From NCBI GenBank assembly GCA_016180525.1, contig JACPBB010000002.1:345980-409979 (forward strand): a stretch of DNA of 64,000 nt, written 5' to 3'. Both the position numbers and the translations under genes were made by a program. Below are positions 27,848 to 38,239 of this stretch, piece after piece (position 1 is the first letter of the stretch; each line of letters begins with the position of its first letter). The notes under the pieces were generated by a model. That model did not search any database, had not been told where the DNA came from, and saw only the letters and a list, made by a program, of their open reading frames with translations. This DNA is from Parcubacteria group bacterium (GTDB lineage Bacteria > Patescibacteriota > Minisyncoccia > Phycocordibacterales > UBA2135).

Positions 27848-29092
27848 TTACTGCAATCGAAGTGTCCCGACCGCCTTTATCATATCTGATTGAGGGGGAA
27901 ACATGCACGAGCTTTGGGTGAGGGTTCCCCGTATGTATCCGACAACTGCAATCATTAAACCGTTATCGGTTGTAAGTTCTGGGGAAGGAATAAAAAGCGC
28001 GGTATCTGAAAAATTGGAAGAAACCGCTTTTGAGAGTTTTTCTCGTATATTTTTATTTGCTGATACTCCGCCGCCGATAACAATTGTTTTTGCCCCATAT
28101 CGCACGGCTGCGTCAATTGTTTTTTTAACAACAACCTCGGTAACTGCTTCTTGAAACTCATGAGAAAATTCCCTAACAAGTTCAGAATTTATTTTTCCTC
28201 CTCGTTTTTTTAATTCATACAACACTGCAGTTTTAATGCCGGAAAAAGAAAAATCAAAATCATCTGAATCAATCATTGGACGAGGGAGTCTTAGTGTTTT
28301 GTCTCCCTTAAATTCATTCGCTTTTTGTGAAACATGCGGGCCCCCAGGATAAGGGAGTTCCAACATGCGGGCAACCTTATCAAATGCCTCACCGATTGCG
28401 TCATCCCTCGTTTCCCCGACAATTTTGTATTGCAGCCAATCTTCTGAAAGCACTAATTCTGTATGCCCACCGGATATCAGTAACGCCAGAAGTGGAAATC
28501 GCACAGGGTATAGCGTATAGCGTTCAGCGTTTAGTTTTTTAAAATTTTGAATTTGTTTAGAAATTAGAAATTTTGAATTAGAAATTTCTTCTCTGCGCAA
28601 TAGCGCAGAGAAGATGTGGCCTTCCATGTGGTTTACGGGAATAATTGGAATATTCCAAACGAGTGAAAGCGCTTTAGTAAAATTAATGCCAACCCAGAGC
28701 GCCGGTTCAAGCCCCGGCCCATAGGTAACTGCGATTGCATCTATATCTGGTTTTTTAATATTTGGAATAAAATCAAGAAATGCTTCCAATAACTCCGGCT
28801 CTCTCGCGAAAAGCATATTGAGCAGTTTTTTTTGTTCAGTAGAAAGGATATTTTTTTGAATTTCAATGTTTCCTCCAAGCGCTTTTTTAAAAAGAGGAAT
28901 CAGATTTTTTGCGTGTTCTCGTTTGGCGAGCGAGGGATACACGCCACCGTATTCAGCGTGCAATTTTACTTGAGAAAGTATCAAGTTTGAAAGCACAGAA
29001 AAAGAGACATCGCCTGTTTTCGAGCTACCCTCGGCTTCCACAAGCGCAAGAGCCGTTTCATCGCACGATGTCTCAATAGAAAGAATTCTCAT
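27848..29092 (-). CDS. tsaD: t6A tRNA modification protein TsaD
   Basis: IETSCDET, NHMEGH, ISGGHT, DDAIGEAFDKVAR, DNG motifs. Confidence 0.96.
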   Translation of the reverse strand: MRILSIETSCDETALALVEAEGSSKTGDVSFSVLSNLILSQVKLHAEYGGVYPSLAKREHAKNLIPLFKKALGGNIEIQKNILSTEQKKLLNMLFAREPELLEAFLDFIPNIKKPDIDAIAVTYGPGLEPALWVGINFTKALSLVWNIPIIPVNHMEGHIFSALLRREEISNSKFLISKQIQNFKKLNAERYTLYPVRFPLLALLISGGHTELVLSEDWLQYKIVGETRDDAIGEAFDKVARMLELPYPGGPHVSQKANEFKGDKTLRLPRPMIDSDDFDFSFSGIKTAVLYELKKRGGKINSELVREFSHEFQEAVTEVVVKKTIDAAVRYGAKTIVIGGGVSANKNIREKLSKAVSSNFSDTALFIPSPELTTDNGLMIAVVGYIRGTLTQSSCMFPPQSDMIKAVGTLRLQ

Positions 29093-29171
29093 ATTCTGTC
29101 ATATTTTCATAGAAAGGACCTAAAATCAACATTTTTCTCTTTATCCAAAGCAGTGATATACTGATTGATAT

Positions 29172-31922
29172 ATGCCTGAATCTAATCTTAGAGAAACATT
29201 TGGATTTAAATCTCCTGAGGAAGAGATTGATTTTTTGCGTGGCGAGATAGAGAAAAAAGAGCATGCGCTCAAAGAATCAAAAACCCACACGCACGAAAAA
29301 GCAACGCAAGCAGCCAAAGAAGAAGTAGCAGCATATCAAAAAAGGCCGCATCAGGAGGTGCTCGCGCCCGGATATGCCATGCCCGAAAAAGAAACAGAAA
29401 GTATCGTTCTTGATTTGGCTCCGGAAGAACATGATGAAAAAATAGGAGAATTACTCGGAGTATTAAACGAAAGAGGAATTAAAAATACGCTTTCTATTGT
29501 TGAAAAACTTAAAGATCCTCACCTTGAAGACGATTTTCATCGTTTCTTGGTGGAATATATTAAAGAAGGGTTTCCTGTTGCGGGGCTCAAAGAAAAGGGG
29601 CCATTATGGAAGGCGCTTCATATGACACTCTACGAGGTCGCGCTTCCCGGAAAAAGCGGAGAGGAAGAGGGTCGTCAAAAGCCGCTTAAAGAATTGCTCT
29701 CTGGTATGGAACAGTTTTATGCCGGCATGCTTTCTATCGGAGGAAAAGATGAGCGCGGAGTATCTCACTTTACGATTGAAGTCGCTCTTCCCGACAAGAC
29801 AGATGAGGTTGTGTTTTATTCTGCTGTTCCAAACCACAAACGAGATTTGTTTGAAAAACATATTCTCTCTATTTTTCCGAACGCGCGGATTCTTGAACAG
29901 AAAAATGATTACAATATTTTTGTTGAAGGCGGCACCTCCGTTGGCTCATATGCAACACTTATGCGCAAGCCAGTACTTCCGCTTAAAACATACGACGCGT
30001 TTGACCATGACCCGCTTAATATTCTTTTAAATACATTTTCAAAAATTGAAAAAAATGGCGGGGGAGCCGCAATTCAGATTGTATTCCATCCCTCCGGTGA
30101 ATCTCACCTCAGTGAATACAAAAATGTATTGCGCAAACTGCAAAAAGGGGAATCATTCAAAGATGCGATCAAAGGAGCTGATGTCCCCGGAGCATTTTTC
30201 AAAACAGTGGGGGAGATTTTTACCGGCCCTTCAAATAAAAAAGATAAAGAAAAAGCGCCACCCGACCAAATTGCGATAGAAAATGTACAAAATAAGACGG
30301 GAAGCCAGATTGTAACCTCAAACATCCGAATTCTCGCGTCTGCAAAAACAAAAAGTCGCGCGGAAGACATTCTCTCCGACATAGAGTCCTCGTTTAATCA
30401 ATTAGAAAATACGCACGGCAACAAGCTCTCTTTTGAGTCTGTCTCGGGAGGGAAATTGCTTTCTTTTTTCAAAGATTTCTCATTTCGCGATTATAGAGAA
30501 AAATATGGTCTTCCGCTTAATTTGAAAGAGATTGCGACCATTCTTCATTTTCCGCTTGGAGAGGCGGTGTCTTCTCCGCAATTGCGTGAGTCCAAAGCAG
30601 GCACTGCGCCGGCACCCACCGATGCTCCACAGGCGGGAATATTTTTGGGGATAAACAGATTTAGAAACGCAGAGAAGAAAATTTATCTTACTCCGGAAGA
30701 CAGGCTTCGTCACCTCTATGTTGTGGGGCAGACAGGAACGGGAAAAACAACACTACTCAAAAATATGATCGCGCAGGACATTGCCGCCGGAGAGGGCGTG
30801 TGCATGATAGATCCACACGGAAGCGACATTGAAGACGTGCTCGGCATGATTCCGGAAGAGCGGTTTAAAGACGTTATTTATTTTGACCCTGCCTACATTC
30901 CGCGCGTTATGGGGCTCAATATGCTTGAATATGACCCAGAACATCCGGAGCAGAAAACATTTGTGGTTAATGAGATGTTTAGTATTTTCCAAAAGCTCTA
31001 TGGCGCAGTGCCAGAGTCAATGGGCCCCATTTTTGAGCAATATTTTAGGAACGCGGCGATGCTTGTGGTTGATGACCCGGAGAGTGGAAGCACGCTTCTT
31101 GATATCTCACGGGTTTTAGCGGAAGAGCCATTCAGAAACATGAAACTGTCTCGGGCCAAAAATCCGGTCATAAAACAGTTCTGGACGGAAATTGCGACGA
31201 AAGCCGGAGGAGAACAATCGCTCGCAAATATTGTACCGTATATCACAAGCAAGTTTGATACATTTGTGGCGAATGAAATTATGCGGCCGATTATCGCTCA
31301 ACAAAAATCATCTTTTAATTTCAGGAAAATTATGGATGAGCGGAAAATCTTACTCGTAAATCTCTCAAAAGGAAAATTAGGGGAGGTGAATGCCAACCTT
31401 ATTGGCCTTATTCTTGTTGGTAAAATTTTAATGGCGGCGCTTTCCCGAGTTGACGCTCGTGGTGTGAATTTGCCGCCGTTTTATCTCTATATTGACGAGT
31501 TTCAAAATGTAACGACCGACTCAATATCAATCATTCTGTCAGAGGCGCGGAAATATAAACTATCGCTTACCGCGGCGCATCAATTTATCAAACAACTTGA
31601 TGATAAAACAAAAAACGCGGTATTCGGAAACGTTGGCTCTATGGCGGCGTTTCGTGTTGGCTCTGAAGACGCGGAGGTTTTGGAAAAACAGTTTGAACCC
31701 GCTTTTTCCGCTCGAGACCTTCTCAATATTGATAACTGGAATTGTTATATGAGACTTTTAATGAACGGCCGCCCCTCAAAGCCATTTAACGTGGAAATTC
31801 CCGCACCGAGGATAAGTGACAGGGCGCGTGCGGAGAAATTGAAAGAACTTTCCTATATGTCGTATGGCGAAGATAGAGGAAAAATAGAGCAAATGATTGC
31901 TGAAAAATATCAAAAAATATGA
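29172..31922 (+). CDS. VirD4/TraG-like (HerA-FtsK superfamily) ATPase
   Basis: RHLYVVGQTGTGKT, IDPHG, YIDEFQN, EARKY, AVFGNVG motifs. Confidence 0.88.
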   Translation: MPESNLRETFGFKSPEEEIDFLRGEIEKKEHALKESKTHTHEKATQAAKEEVAAYQKRPHQEVLAPGYAMPEKETESIVLDLAPEEHDEKIGELLGVLNERGIKNTLSIVEKLKDPHLEDDFHRFLVEYIKEGFPVAGLKEKGPLWKALHMTLYEVALPGKSGEEEGRQKPLKELLSGMEQFYAGMLSIGGKDERGVSHFTIEVALPDKTDEVVFYSAVPNHKRDLFEKHILSIFPNARILEQKNDYNIFVEGGTSVGSYATLMRKPVLPLKTYDAFDHDPLNILLNTFSKIEKNGGGAAIQIVFHPSGESHLSEYKNVLRKLQKGESFKDAIKGADVPGAFFKTVGEIFTGPSNKKDKEKAPPDQIAIENVQNKTGSQIVTSNIRILASAKTKSRAEDILSDIESSFNQLENTHGNKLSFESVSGGKLLSFFKDFSFRDYREKYGLPLNLKEIATILHFPLGEAVSSPQLRESKAGTAPAPTDAPQAGIFLGINRFRNAEKKIYLTPEDRLRHLYVVGQTGTGKTTLLKNMIAQDIAAGEGVCMIDPHGSDIEDVLGMIPEERFKDVIYFDPAYIPRVMGLNMLEYDPEHPEQKTFVVNEMFSIFQKLYGAVPESMGPIFEQYFRNAAMLVVDDPESGSTLLDISRVLAEEPFRNMKLSRAKNPVIKQFWTEIATKAGGEQSLANIVPYITSKFDTFVANEIMRPIIAQQKSSFNFRKIMDERKILLVNLSKGKLGEVNANLIGLILVGKILMAALSRVDARGVNLPPFYLYIDEFQNVTTDSISIILSEARKYKLSLTAAHQFIKQLDDKTKNAVFGNVGSMAAFRVGSEDAEVLEKQFEPAFSARDLLNIDNWNCYMRLLMNGRPSKPFNVEIPAPRISDRARAEKLKELSYMSYGEDRGKIEQMIAEKYQKI

Positions 31923-32791
31923 ACCATAATCCACACGAAAAAAGAATTCACACACAGATAGAAAGTGTCTCTGAAGAAGGGCTTTTAAGTAAGGCACTTT
32001 TGGAAACAGGGCAACTATTGCGTGAACATCAAATCAACATTGAAGATTTTCGAGGTAAAGGTAAATATGATTCGGATACAATAGCAGAGCACCTGGCGTT
32101 TGTTGAGCAAAAGAAACGTAAATTTGAAATGTCTGCTACAGATGAAAGCCGTGACTCTCAAGAGCTTGCGACAATATTTGAGGGTATGTTTTATAAAGGC
32201 GCTCACGAATATGGATGGTTGGGGGACCCCACTCTAGTAAGAGTAATTAAGACATGCGATTTTGATGACTTGAAAAATGGAATTGACGGCATCGTGGAAT
32301 TTACCCAAGAAGGCAGAGGAGCGGAACATCTTGCTGTGGGAGTGGACGTAACATATAGTAATCAACTCAAAGAAAAATTTAAAAAAATTAAAAATGATAT
32401 TGCAGAAGGAAAACTTTCTTCCATAGAATATTTTCGTTCCGGTAATTTTATTGGAAGTCTCAATAATGTTCCTCGTGTTATTGTCGGAGCAGAGAGAAAA
32501 AATTTAATAGAATTATGCAGAGATGTGTTTGTTAAAAAAGATTCACAGAAACTCAAAAGACATCCGTTTCAGGTATTGCAATTAAAACAAATGCGGCTTC
32601 AGCTTGATGCGTTTGCCGATTATGCAGAGTCTCTTGGGAAAAAAGATGTCGCAGCTTTATATCGTCGTGATGCGGAAATTATTCGCAAGATTTTACAAAA
32701 GAAAAGTGTCGGAGAAGGAGTGCGCATGGGGCAGTGGGAAAATGATCGAGTCTTTGCGGCAATTAAACAAGAGCTGGAAAATTTAAAATAA
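31919..32791 (+). CDS. Hypothetical protein, possibly restriction-endonuclease-like fold
   Basis: 290-aa ORF overlapping the upstream stop; DDLKNGID..GVDVT resembles a PD-(D/E)xK-type core (weak). Confidence 0.6.
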   Translation: MNHNPHEKRIHTQIESVSEEGLLSKALLETGQLLREHQINIEDFRGKGKYDSDTIAEHLAFVEQKKRKFEMSATDESRDSQELATIFEGMFYKGAHEYGWLGDPTLVRVIKTCDFDDLKNGIDGIVEFTQEGRGAEHLAVGVDVTYSNQLKEKFKKIKNDIAEGKLSSIEYFRSGNFIGSLNNVPRVIVGAERKNLIELCRDVFVKKDSQKLKRHPFQVLQLKQMRLQLDAFADYAESLGKKDVAALYRRDAEIIRKILQKKSVGEGVRMGQWENDRVFAAIKQELENLK

Positions 32792-32868
32792 TTATTAAAT
32801 TATAACAACCTCATCCTTACAAACTGGAGTTTGTAAGGATGATATTTTTGTAGTCAAAGCTTCTGCGA

Positions 32869-33363
32869 TTACGCAAAAAGGACTCCTACGGCCGCGCCGA
32901 GCGCGATTGCGGCTCCGCCGATAAGAAGCATCTCTAATGCGGGGCGAAGCGGGCGGATGCCCGCTATTTTACCGCTTATAGTTCCTAAAATGAGAAGCGC
33001 GACGAGAGAGGCGCCGATTGAAGTCCAAAAAGCAAGAGATATGGGAAGAAAAATGTATGGCGAAAGGGGAATAAATCCGGCAAAAAAATATGAGAAAAAC
33101 ATGATAAGAGCCGACTTGGCAGATTTTTGAATCGGCACTTCTTGCCGCAGAGAAATTTGCCGTGCGGAATGTTCAGAAAGAAGTGAGCCGGCGCCCATTG
33201 AAAATGCTTCAACGGCAATGAGCACGACTCCGGCAAGAACGATTGTCTCCGGCATAGTGCCTGCGACAGCAACACCGGATAGGAGTCCTACGGTTGAAAC
33301 CAAACTGTCTTCAACGCCAAACACAAAGTTTCTGATATTCGTGACGTCTTTTTCTTCATGCAT
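32869..33363 (-). CDS. VIT1/CCC1 family transporter
   Basis: FVFGVEDSLVS, AFSMGAG, GFIPLSPY motifs. Confidence 0.88.
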   Translation of the reverse strand: MHEEKDVTNIRNFVFGVEDSLVSTVGLLSGVAVAGTMPETIVLAGVVLIAVEAFSMGAGSLLSEHSARQISLRQEVPIQKSAKSALIMFFSYFFAGFIPLSPYIFLPISLAFWTSIGASLVALLILGTISGKIAGIRPLRPALEMLLIGGAAIALGAAVGVLFA

Positions 33364-33441
33364 GGTTATATTATAGCGCATATAATCTATTTTAATAAAA
33401 TAAAAAAACGGATTGATGTTATCGCACCGTGTGTTTGAATT

Positions 33442-33720
33442 TTAATCACCGGTTATTTTTTTATAGTCCTCAGGCATTTTATCCCAATTGGGCATAAAAA
33501 TCCACAAAAGAATATATAAGCCAACTCCGAAACCAAAAAAGATGATTGAAGATGCCCACAAGAGTCTTACAAGCCAAACGGGAGCTCCAAGCCAATATGC
33601 AACTCCGCCGCAAACGCCACCAACCCATTGTTCTTCTTCAGTCACTAATCGCAATTTTCTTTCAGAAGCAGATGTTTTTGTCGCAACGGTGCTTTTGTTT
33701 TCCAACCTTTTTCTCCACAA
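33442..33720 (-). CDS. PspC domain protein
   Basis: GGVCGGVAYWLG..VRL..YILLWIFMP. Confidence 0.88.
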   Translation of the reverse strand: MWRKRLENKSTVATKTSASERKLRLVTEEEQWVGGVCGGVAYWLGAPVWLVRLLWASSIIFFGFGVGLYILLWIFMPNWDKMPEDYKKITGD

Positions 33721-33829
33721 GAATTCTGAATACTACGTTACTTTAGATAAAGATAAGTGTCAAGCTTGTTGCGCCTTTATAATTTTATGCTATGCTCTCT
33801 TTCAGATTGCGAAACGAGAAGGAAAAACG

Positions 33830-34165
33830 ATGAACGAAAAATTCAGTAGTTACCGTGACAGTCTTTGGACGCGCCTATCTTATGTGTCCTTCAAAGGAAA
33901 GTGCGAACTCTTTTTTCGTCTTCTGATTGCCAACATAAAGAATTGCATAAGGGGTCGTGCTTTTAGAAAGGGATACAATTCACTTATCATTGGCTCTTAC
34001 GGCCCAATTCAAATATATTCAAGCAATCCTTATAGCCACAGAACAGAATTGAAAAAATTTTGCGACTGGCATGGTGGTGTCGGGCACGCGGCTGCCGACC
34101 GCATAATTGCTGATTGCAAGGGATACCTCATTCGATTGCAAGAGATACGCCATTCGATAAGATAG
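33830..34165 (+). CDS. Hypothetical protein
   Basis: AGAAGGA SD before ATG 33830; terminator at ~34175; upstream part of the track ORF is antisense to the PspC gene. Confidence 0.5.
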   Translation: MNEKFSSYRDSLWTRLSYVSFKGKCELFFRLLIANIKNCIRGRAFRKGYNSLIIGSYGPIQIYSSNPYSHRTELKKFCDWHGGVGHAAADRIIADCKGYLIRLQEIRHSIR

Positions 34166-34277
34166 CGTCAGTCAAAGCAGGGAAACATTTCCTGCTTTTT
34201 CTTTTTGCATTAAAAAGAACATTCTGACATTCTTGCGAATATCAGAATGTTCTGAGGATAATTTTTGTTTTGTAAAT

Positions 34278-35453
34278 CTAATTTTCTTGAGATAATTCTT
34301 TGACTTTGTTTGTTTCCTCCCACGGCAAGTCAATATCCGTCCTACCAAAGTGGCCGTAGGCGGCGGTTTTTTGGTATATGGGGCGTAGGAGATTTAAGTC
34401 TTTTATTATTGCCGCGGGGCGGAAATCAAACACTTTCTCTACGAGTTCGGCAATTTCGTTATCAGGGATTTTTCCCGTGCCGAATGTATTTACATTAAAC
34501 GCCAAGGGTCTACTCATGCCGATCGCGTAGGCGACTTTCACCTCTGCTTTTTTCGCAAGTCCTGACGCGACAATGTTTTTTGCCGCGGAGCGCATGGCGT
34601 ACGCCGCCGAGCGGTCAACTTTGCTTGGGTCTTTTCCTGAAAATGCGCCGCCGCCGTGCTTGGCAAGTCCTCCGTATGTGTCCACGATAATTTTTCTTCC
34701 CGTAAGCCCCGTGTCTCCCGCAGGACCGCCGATTACGAATCTTCCTGTGGGATTCACAAAAATTTCTGTCTTGTCATCAAAAAGATATTTAGGCACAATC
34801 GGCTCTATGACTTTATCTAGTAAAGCATTTTTTAATGTTTCAGTGGATGTTTCAGGAGTATGTTGCGTTGAAATTAAAATATTTCTGACATGCGTGGGGA
34901 CATCGTCACGATATTCAATCGTCACTTGCGTTTTTCCATCAGGCCCCAAGAAGGGGAGTGTTCCGTCTTTGCGCACCTGAGAGAGTTTTTGTGCAAGCGC
35001 ATGTGCCAGGTAAATAGGCATAGGCATAAGCGTCTCTGTCTCGTCTGTCGCGTAGCCGTACATCATACCTTGGTCTCCAGCACCCTGTTCAAGCGGGTCC
35101 TCACGCGATACTCCCATCGCGATGTCAGGGGACTGTTTGTTTACCATTGTCGTAATTTTGACGGTGCGAAAGTCAAGTCCTTTTTTCTCGTCATCATAGC
35201 CGATGTTTTTAATTGTCTCTCGCGCGACAGATTCAACGTCAACAGGGCTTCCTTGTGCTTGCCTCGCCGGCAGGCGGGCGGTAATTTCTCCTCCAATCAC
35301 GAGATTATTGCCACAAATAAATGTTTCGCAGGCAACGCGCGCTTTTCTGTCTTGTGTGAGATAGGCGTCAAGCACAGCGTCGCTTATCTGGTCGCATATT
35401 TTATCCGGATGTCCTTCGGTGACAGATTCCGAAGCAAGAAAATCAATTTTCAT
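34278..35453 (-). CDS. metK: S-adenosylmethionine synthetase
   Basis: [33 protein letters not shown] motifs. Confidence 0.97.
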   Translation of the reverse strand: MKIDFLASESVTEGHPDKICDQISDAVLDAYLTQDRKARVACETFICGNNLVIGGEITARLPARQAQGSPVDVESVARETIKNIGYDDEKKGLDFRTVKITTMVNKQSPDIAMGVSREDPLEQGAGDQGMMYGYATDETETLMPMPIYLAHALAQKLSQVRKDGTLPFLGPDGKTQVTIEYRDDVPTHVRNILISTQHTPETSTETLKNALLDKVIEPIVPKYLFDDKTEIFVNPTGRFVIGGPAGDTGLTGRKIIVDTYGGLAKHGGGAFSGKDPSKVDRSAAYAMRSAAKNIVASGLAKKAEVKVAYAIGMSRPLAFNVNTFGTGKIPDNEIAELVEKVFDFRPAAIIKDLNLLRPIYQKTAAYGHFGRTDIDLPWEETNKVKELSQEN

Positions 35454-35619
35454 ATTTTTTATAATACTGAAATATGAGCGACAGGTCACCTGGACATATG
35501 TCTTAAAGCGTGTGGGCTTGAGTTTATCATTTCGATTTTACATAAACTTACCAAAATTTGACATTTAATGACCCATTATAGTAATATGGTTTTAGTTTTG
35601 CGACAATGGAGAATTTTCA

Positions 35620-35925
35620 ATGAAAGTTCAACTTGGTGCAAGTTCGGTCACTAGGCTTCTAAAAACAGATGTTGTAAATGCTTTCTTTTCAGACAGATGC
35701 GCGGACACAGGACACGCTCCACTTAACGATAAAGTTGTTTTCTCAATATTTCCAGGAGTTGCTAAGGGTGGTTTTTGCGAAGTCCTTGACGAAATTGCTG
35801 CTAGCGGGATAAAGGTTGAAGTTGACACTACGGGGTTTGTATTTTTACCCTCATGGCAGTCATGGGAAGAGGGACGAAATGACGGCATATATTTGCATGG
35901 TGTTAGATTTACAAGGGTGAAGTAA
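35620..35925 (+). CDS. Hypothetical protein
   Basis: GGAGA SD, TTGACA upstream, hairpin plus T-tract downstream. Confidence 0.6.
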   Translation: MKVQLGASSVTRLLKTDVVNAFFSDRCADTGHAPLNDKVVFSIFPGVAKGGFCEVLDEIAASGIKVEVDTTGFVFLPSWQSWEEGRNDGIYLHGVRFTRVK

Positions 35926-36028
35926 GATATTTTTTGAGTGCCCCAATATATAATTAAGACATTTACAAAAACATCATTGTTACGATGATGTTTTTTTCTT
36001 TTTATTTATACTCAGTCCTTGTTTATTT

Positions 36029-36105
36029 TGGTGGGCGGTACAGGAGTCGAACCTGTCACCTCAGCAATGTCAATGCTGCGCTCTAACCAGCTGAGCTAAC
36101 CGCCC
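36029..36105 (-). tRNA. tRNA-Val(GAC)
   Basis: CAGCA-TT-GAC-AT-TGCTG arm; encoded CCA. Confidence 0.95.
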
Positions 36106-36181
36106 ATGTGTTTGTATTATGTACGATTGAACAAAAATTCGCAAACTATGCAGTTATTTAAAAAAGCGCGGGCGGATTTGC

Positions 36182-36424
36182 CTACGCTCCTACGCTAACG
36201 TGTAGTTGTTTGTTTGCATCCAAGACATTAATTCTATCCATAAATGCTATGGCGACATCTACCGGAATAATTCCTCTATGTATCACAACATTATTTTCTT
36301 GAACCGTTACATCTCCGCCGAGTTTGCGAATGAGAGCAATTTCGCGTTGCACCGATGGATGCGCGATTAATTCCTCTGCAGTCACCGTATCCTCCCGCAT
36401 CAAAGCTATTGTAATTATGGTCAA
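36182..36424 (-). CDS. Hypothetical protein
   Basis: 80-aa ORF, start uncertain. Confidence 0.4.
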   Translation of the reverse strand: MTIITIALMREDTVTAEELIAHPSVQREIALIRKLGGDVTVQENNVVIHRGIIPVDVAIAFMDRINVLDANKQLHVSVGA

Positions 36425-36518
36425 GCAGAGTCAGGGTGTCAACGGTTGTTTTTTAATATAGATATGCTAAAAATACTTTTAGATTGTTGGGCGAACCCCA
36501 GCAACGGAAGGAGAAGAA

Positions 36519-37175
36519 ATGGAGTACACTCGCACTGATAAAGCTCCCGCGCCGGGGGCGTATAGCCAGGCGACCGTTGTTGAAGTTGAAGACAAGAAAT
36601 TTGTTTACTGTGCGGGACAGACGGGTAACGTACCAGATGGAAAAGATGACCTGGTCATTGAAGGAGGCCTCGGTCCGCAGACGACTCAGGCGCTTCAAAA
36701 TATTCTCGCGGTCGTTAAGGCCGCAGGAGGGGATGTACACGACATCACACGGCTCACTGTATATTTGAAAGATACAGCTATGGATAATTTCTTACAAAAG
36801 ATACTGAACAACATACTAAAGTTATTTGGACTTACTGCTTGGGGAGGCAGTACTTCCTTTGAAGCTAAAAATGAAAGTACCGAACATTGGAATCACAGGC
36901 AATGGAAAGGATCTGAAAGGGCAAAACAGAGGAAGGAATTTGGCGCCGCATACGAAGCATTTTTCAAAGAACACGGGCATACGAAGGAAAAAGGAAATAT
37001 GCCGGCTCGGGCAATGCTTTGGGTCTCTGAAGTGCCGCTTGAAGCTCCTGCGGAAGACACTGTTGTTGAAATTGTTGCAGAGGCCGTTGTTCCCAATAAA
37101 AATTATGTTCCTAAGTATGTACCGGAGCCTTCATATGGCCCGGGACCTGATAATTACGGCAGAGATAGACATTAA
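36519..37175 (+). CDS. RidA/YjgF family protein with a large internal insertion
   Basis: APAPGAYSQA, YCAGQ, QALQNI, MPAR, VEI motifs. Confidence 0.85.
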   Translation: MEYTRTDKAPAPGAYSQATVVEVEDKKFVYCAGQTGNVPDGKDDLVIEGGLGPQTTQALQNILAVVKAAGGDVHDITRLTVYLKDTAMDNFLQKILNNILKLFGLTAWGGSTSFEAKNESTEHWNHRQWKGSERAKQRKEFGAAYEAFFKEHGHTKEKGNMPARAMLWVSEVPLEAPAEDTVVEIVAEAVVPNKNYVPKYVPEPSYGPGPDNYGRDRH

Positions 37176-37268
37176 TGACATAGCCGCCCCACGGGCGGCT
37201 TTTCTATTTTTTAAAAATAAAAAGCGGATTGATATAATCGCACCGCACTATTTCAAATGAAGATTTAT

Positions 37269-37547
37269 TTATTCTAGGGGCTTTGCTTTTCTGATGGGAA
37301 GATGGTGTCGTTTCAATAGTGGTCTTGCTTCAACGCCAGCACATGCTCCATCTACGTCATTTAAGAAACCAAACGGGTTATGAGACCCAAGCTTTTCCTC
37401 TGCTTGTTTATGATATTGCCACCTTAAAACATAGAGCAGTGAACAAGTTTCACACTTTGTTTTAGATTTGCGTTCCGCGGTGTAGCGTGGATGAAAATGG
37501 CATCGCACGGTCAAAATCTTATCGGTGGGCACTCTTAGTCCAGCCAT
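37269..37547 (-). CDS. Hypothetical protein with a possible Zn site
   Basis: CxxH..CxxC; AGGAG SD. Confidence 0.6.
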   Translation of the reverse strand: MAGLRVPTDKILTVRCHFHPRYTAERKSKTKCETCSLLYVLRWQYHKQAEEKLGSHNPFGFLNDVDGACAGVEARPLLKRHHLPIRKAKPLE

Positions 37548-37732
37548 GTTATGAGTCTCCTAAGCTGTTGAGTTAAAAACTTTCGTTAGTGTAACATACA
37601 TGTATTCAATTGCAAATCGGACAAGAACCGTCCTCGGCATGTTACTTGTTCCGATGTTGCATAGAACTTGCAAATTTTTAAAAATAATTACATTATTACC
37701 GCAGTGAGTATTCCGCGAATTGTGGAGGTACA

Positions 37733-38239
37733 ATGACAAAGCGCCTGGCGGTGTACGCAGGTTCTTTCGACCCCTTAACCACTGGTCACCTCTGGATGAT
37801 TGAGCAGGGAGCTTGTTTGTTTGATGAGCTTATTGTTGCGGCAGGAATTAACCCGGAAAAACGATATATGTTTTCTGTTACCGAAAGGATTCACATGCTT
37901 AAAGAGAGTGTCGCACAAATTTCAAATGTTACTGTAGGTAGTTTTACAAACCAATTTCTCATCACATACGCGCAATCAATTGGAGCACAATTTATACTTC
38001 GCGGCGTCAGAACAGAAAGCGATTATGAATATGAACGTACTATGAGAAATATTAATGGAGACTTGGACCCTAGTGTCACAACTATATTTCTCATGCCGCC
38101 GCGCGCGATTGCAGAAATCAGCTCCAGTATGGTTAAAGGACTTATTGGGCCAGAAGGATGGGAGCATATAGTAGAAAAGTATCTTCCTGCGCCTGTGTTT
38201 AAAAAAATAAAAGCGGCTCATTATGCAAAACCAGAATAG
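37733..38239 (+). CDS. coaD: Phosphopantetheine adenylyltransferase
   Basis: YAGSFDPLTTGH, RGVR..DYEYE, ISSSMVK motifs. Confidence 0.95.
   Translation: MTKRLAVYAGSFDPLTTGHLWMIEQGACLFDELIVAAGINPEKRYMFSVTERIHMLKESVAQISNVTVGSFTNQFLITYAQSIGAQFILRGVRTESDYEYERTMRNINGDLDPSVTTIFLMPPRAIAEISSSMVKGLIGPEGWEHIVEKYLPAPVFKKIKAAHYAKPE

Noticed and set aside
29172-32791. Conjugative element around the VirD4-like ATPase
   Set aside because: No relaxase, VirB genes, integrase or att repeats; it sits among housekeeping genes.
34215-34253. agaacattctgacattc..gaatatcagaatgttct palindrome as an operator
   Set aside because: It lies between convergent gene ends, so a terminator or repeat is the simpler explanation.
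35454-35560. SAM riboswitch upstream of metK
   Set aside because: No SAM-I or SAM-II consensus recognisable; only a short palindrome.
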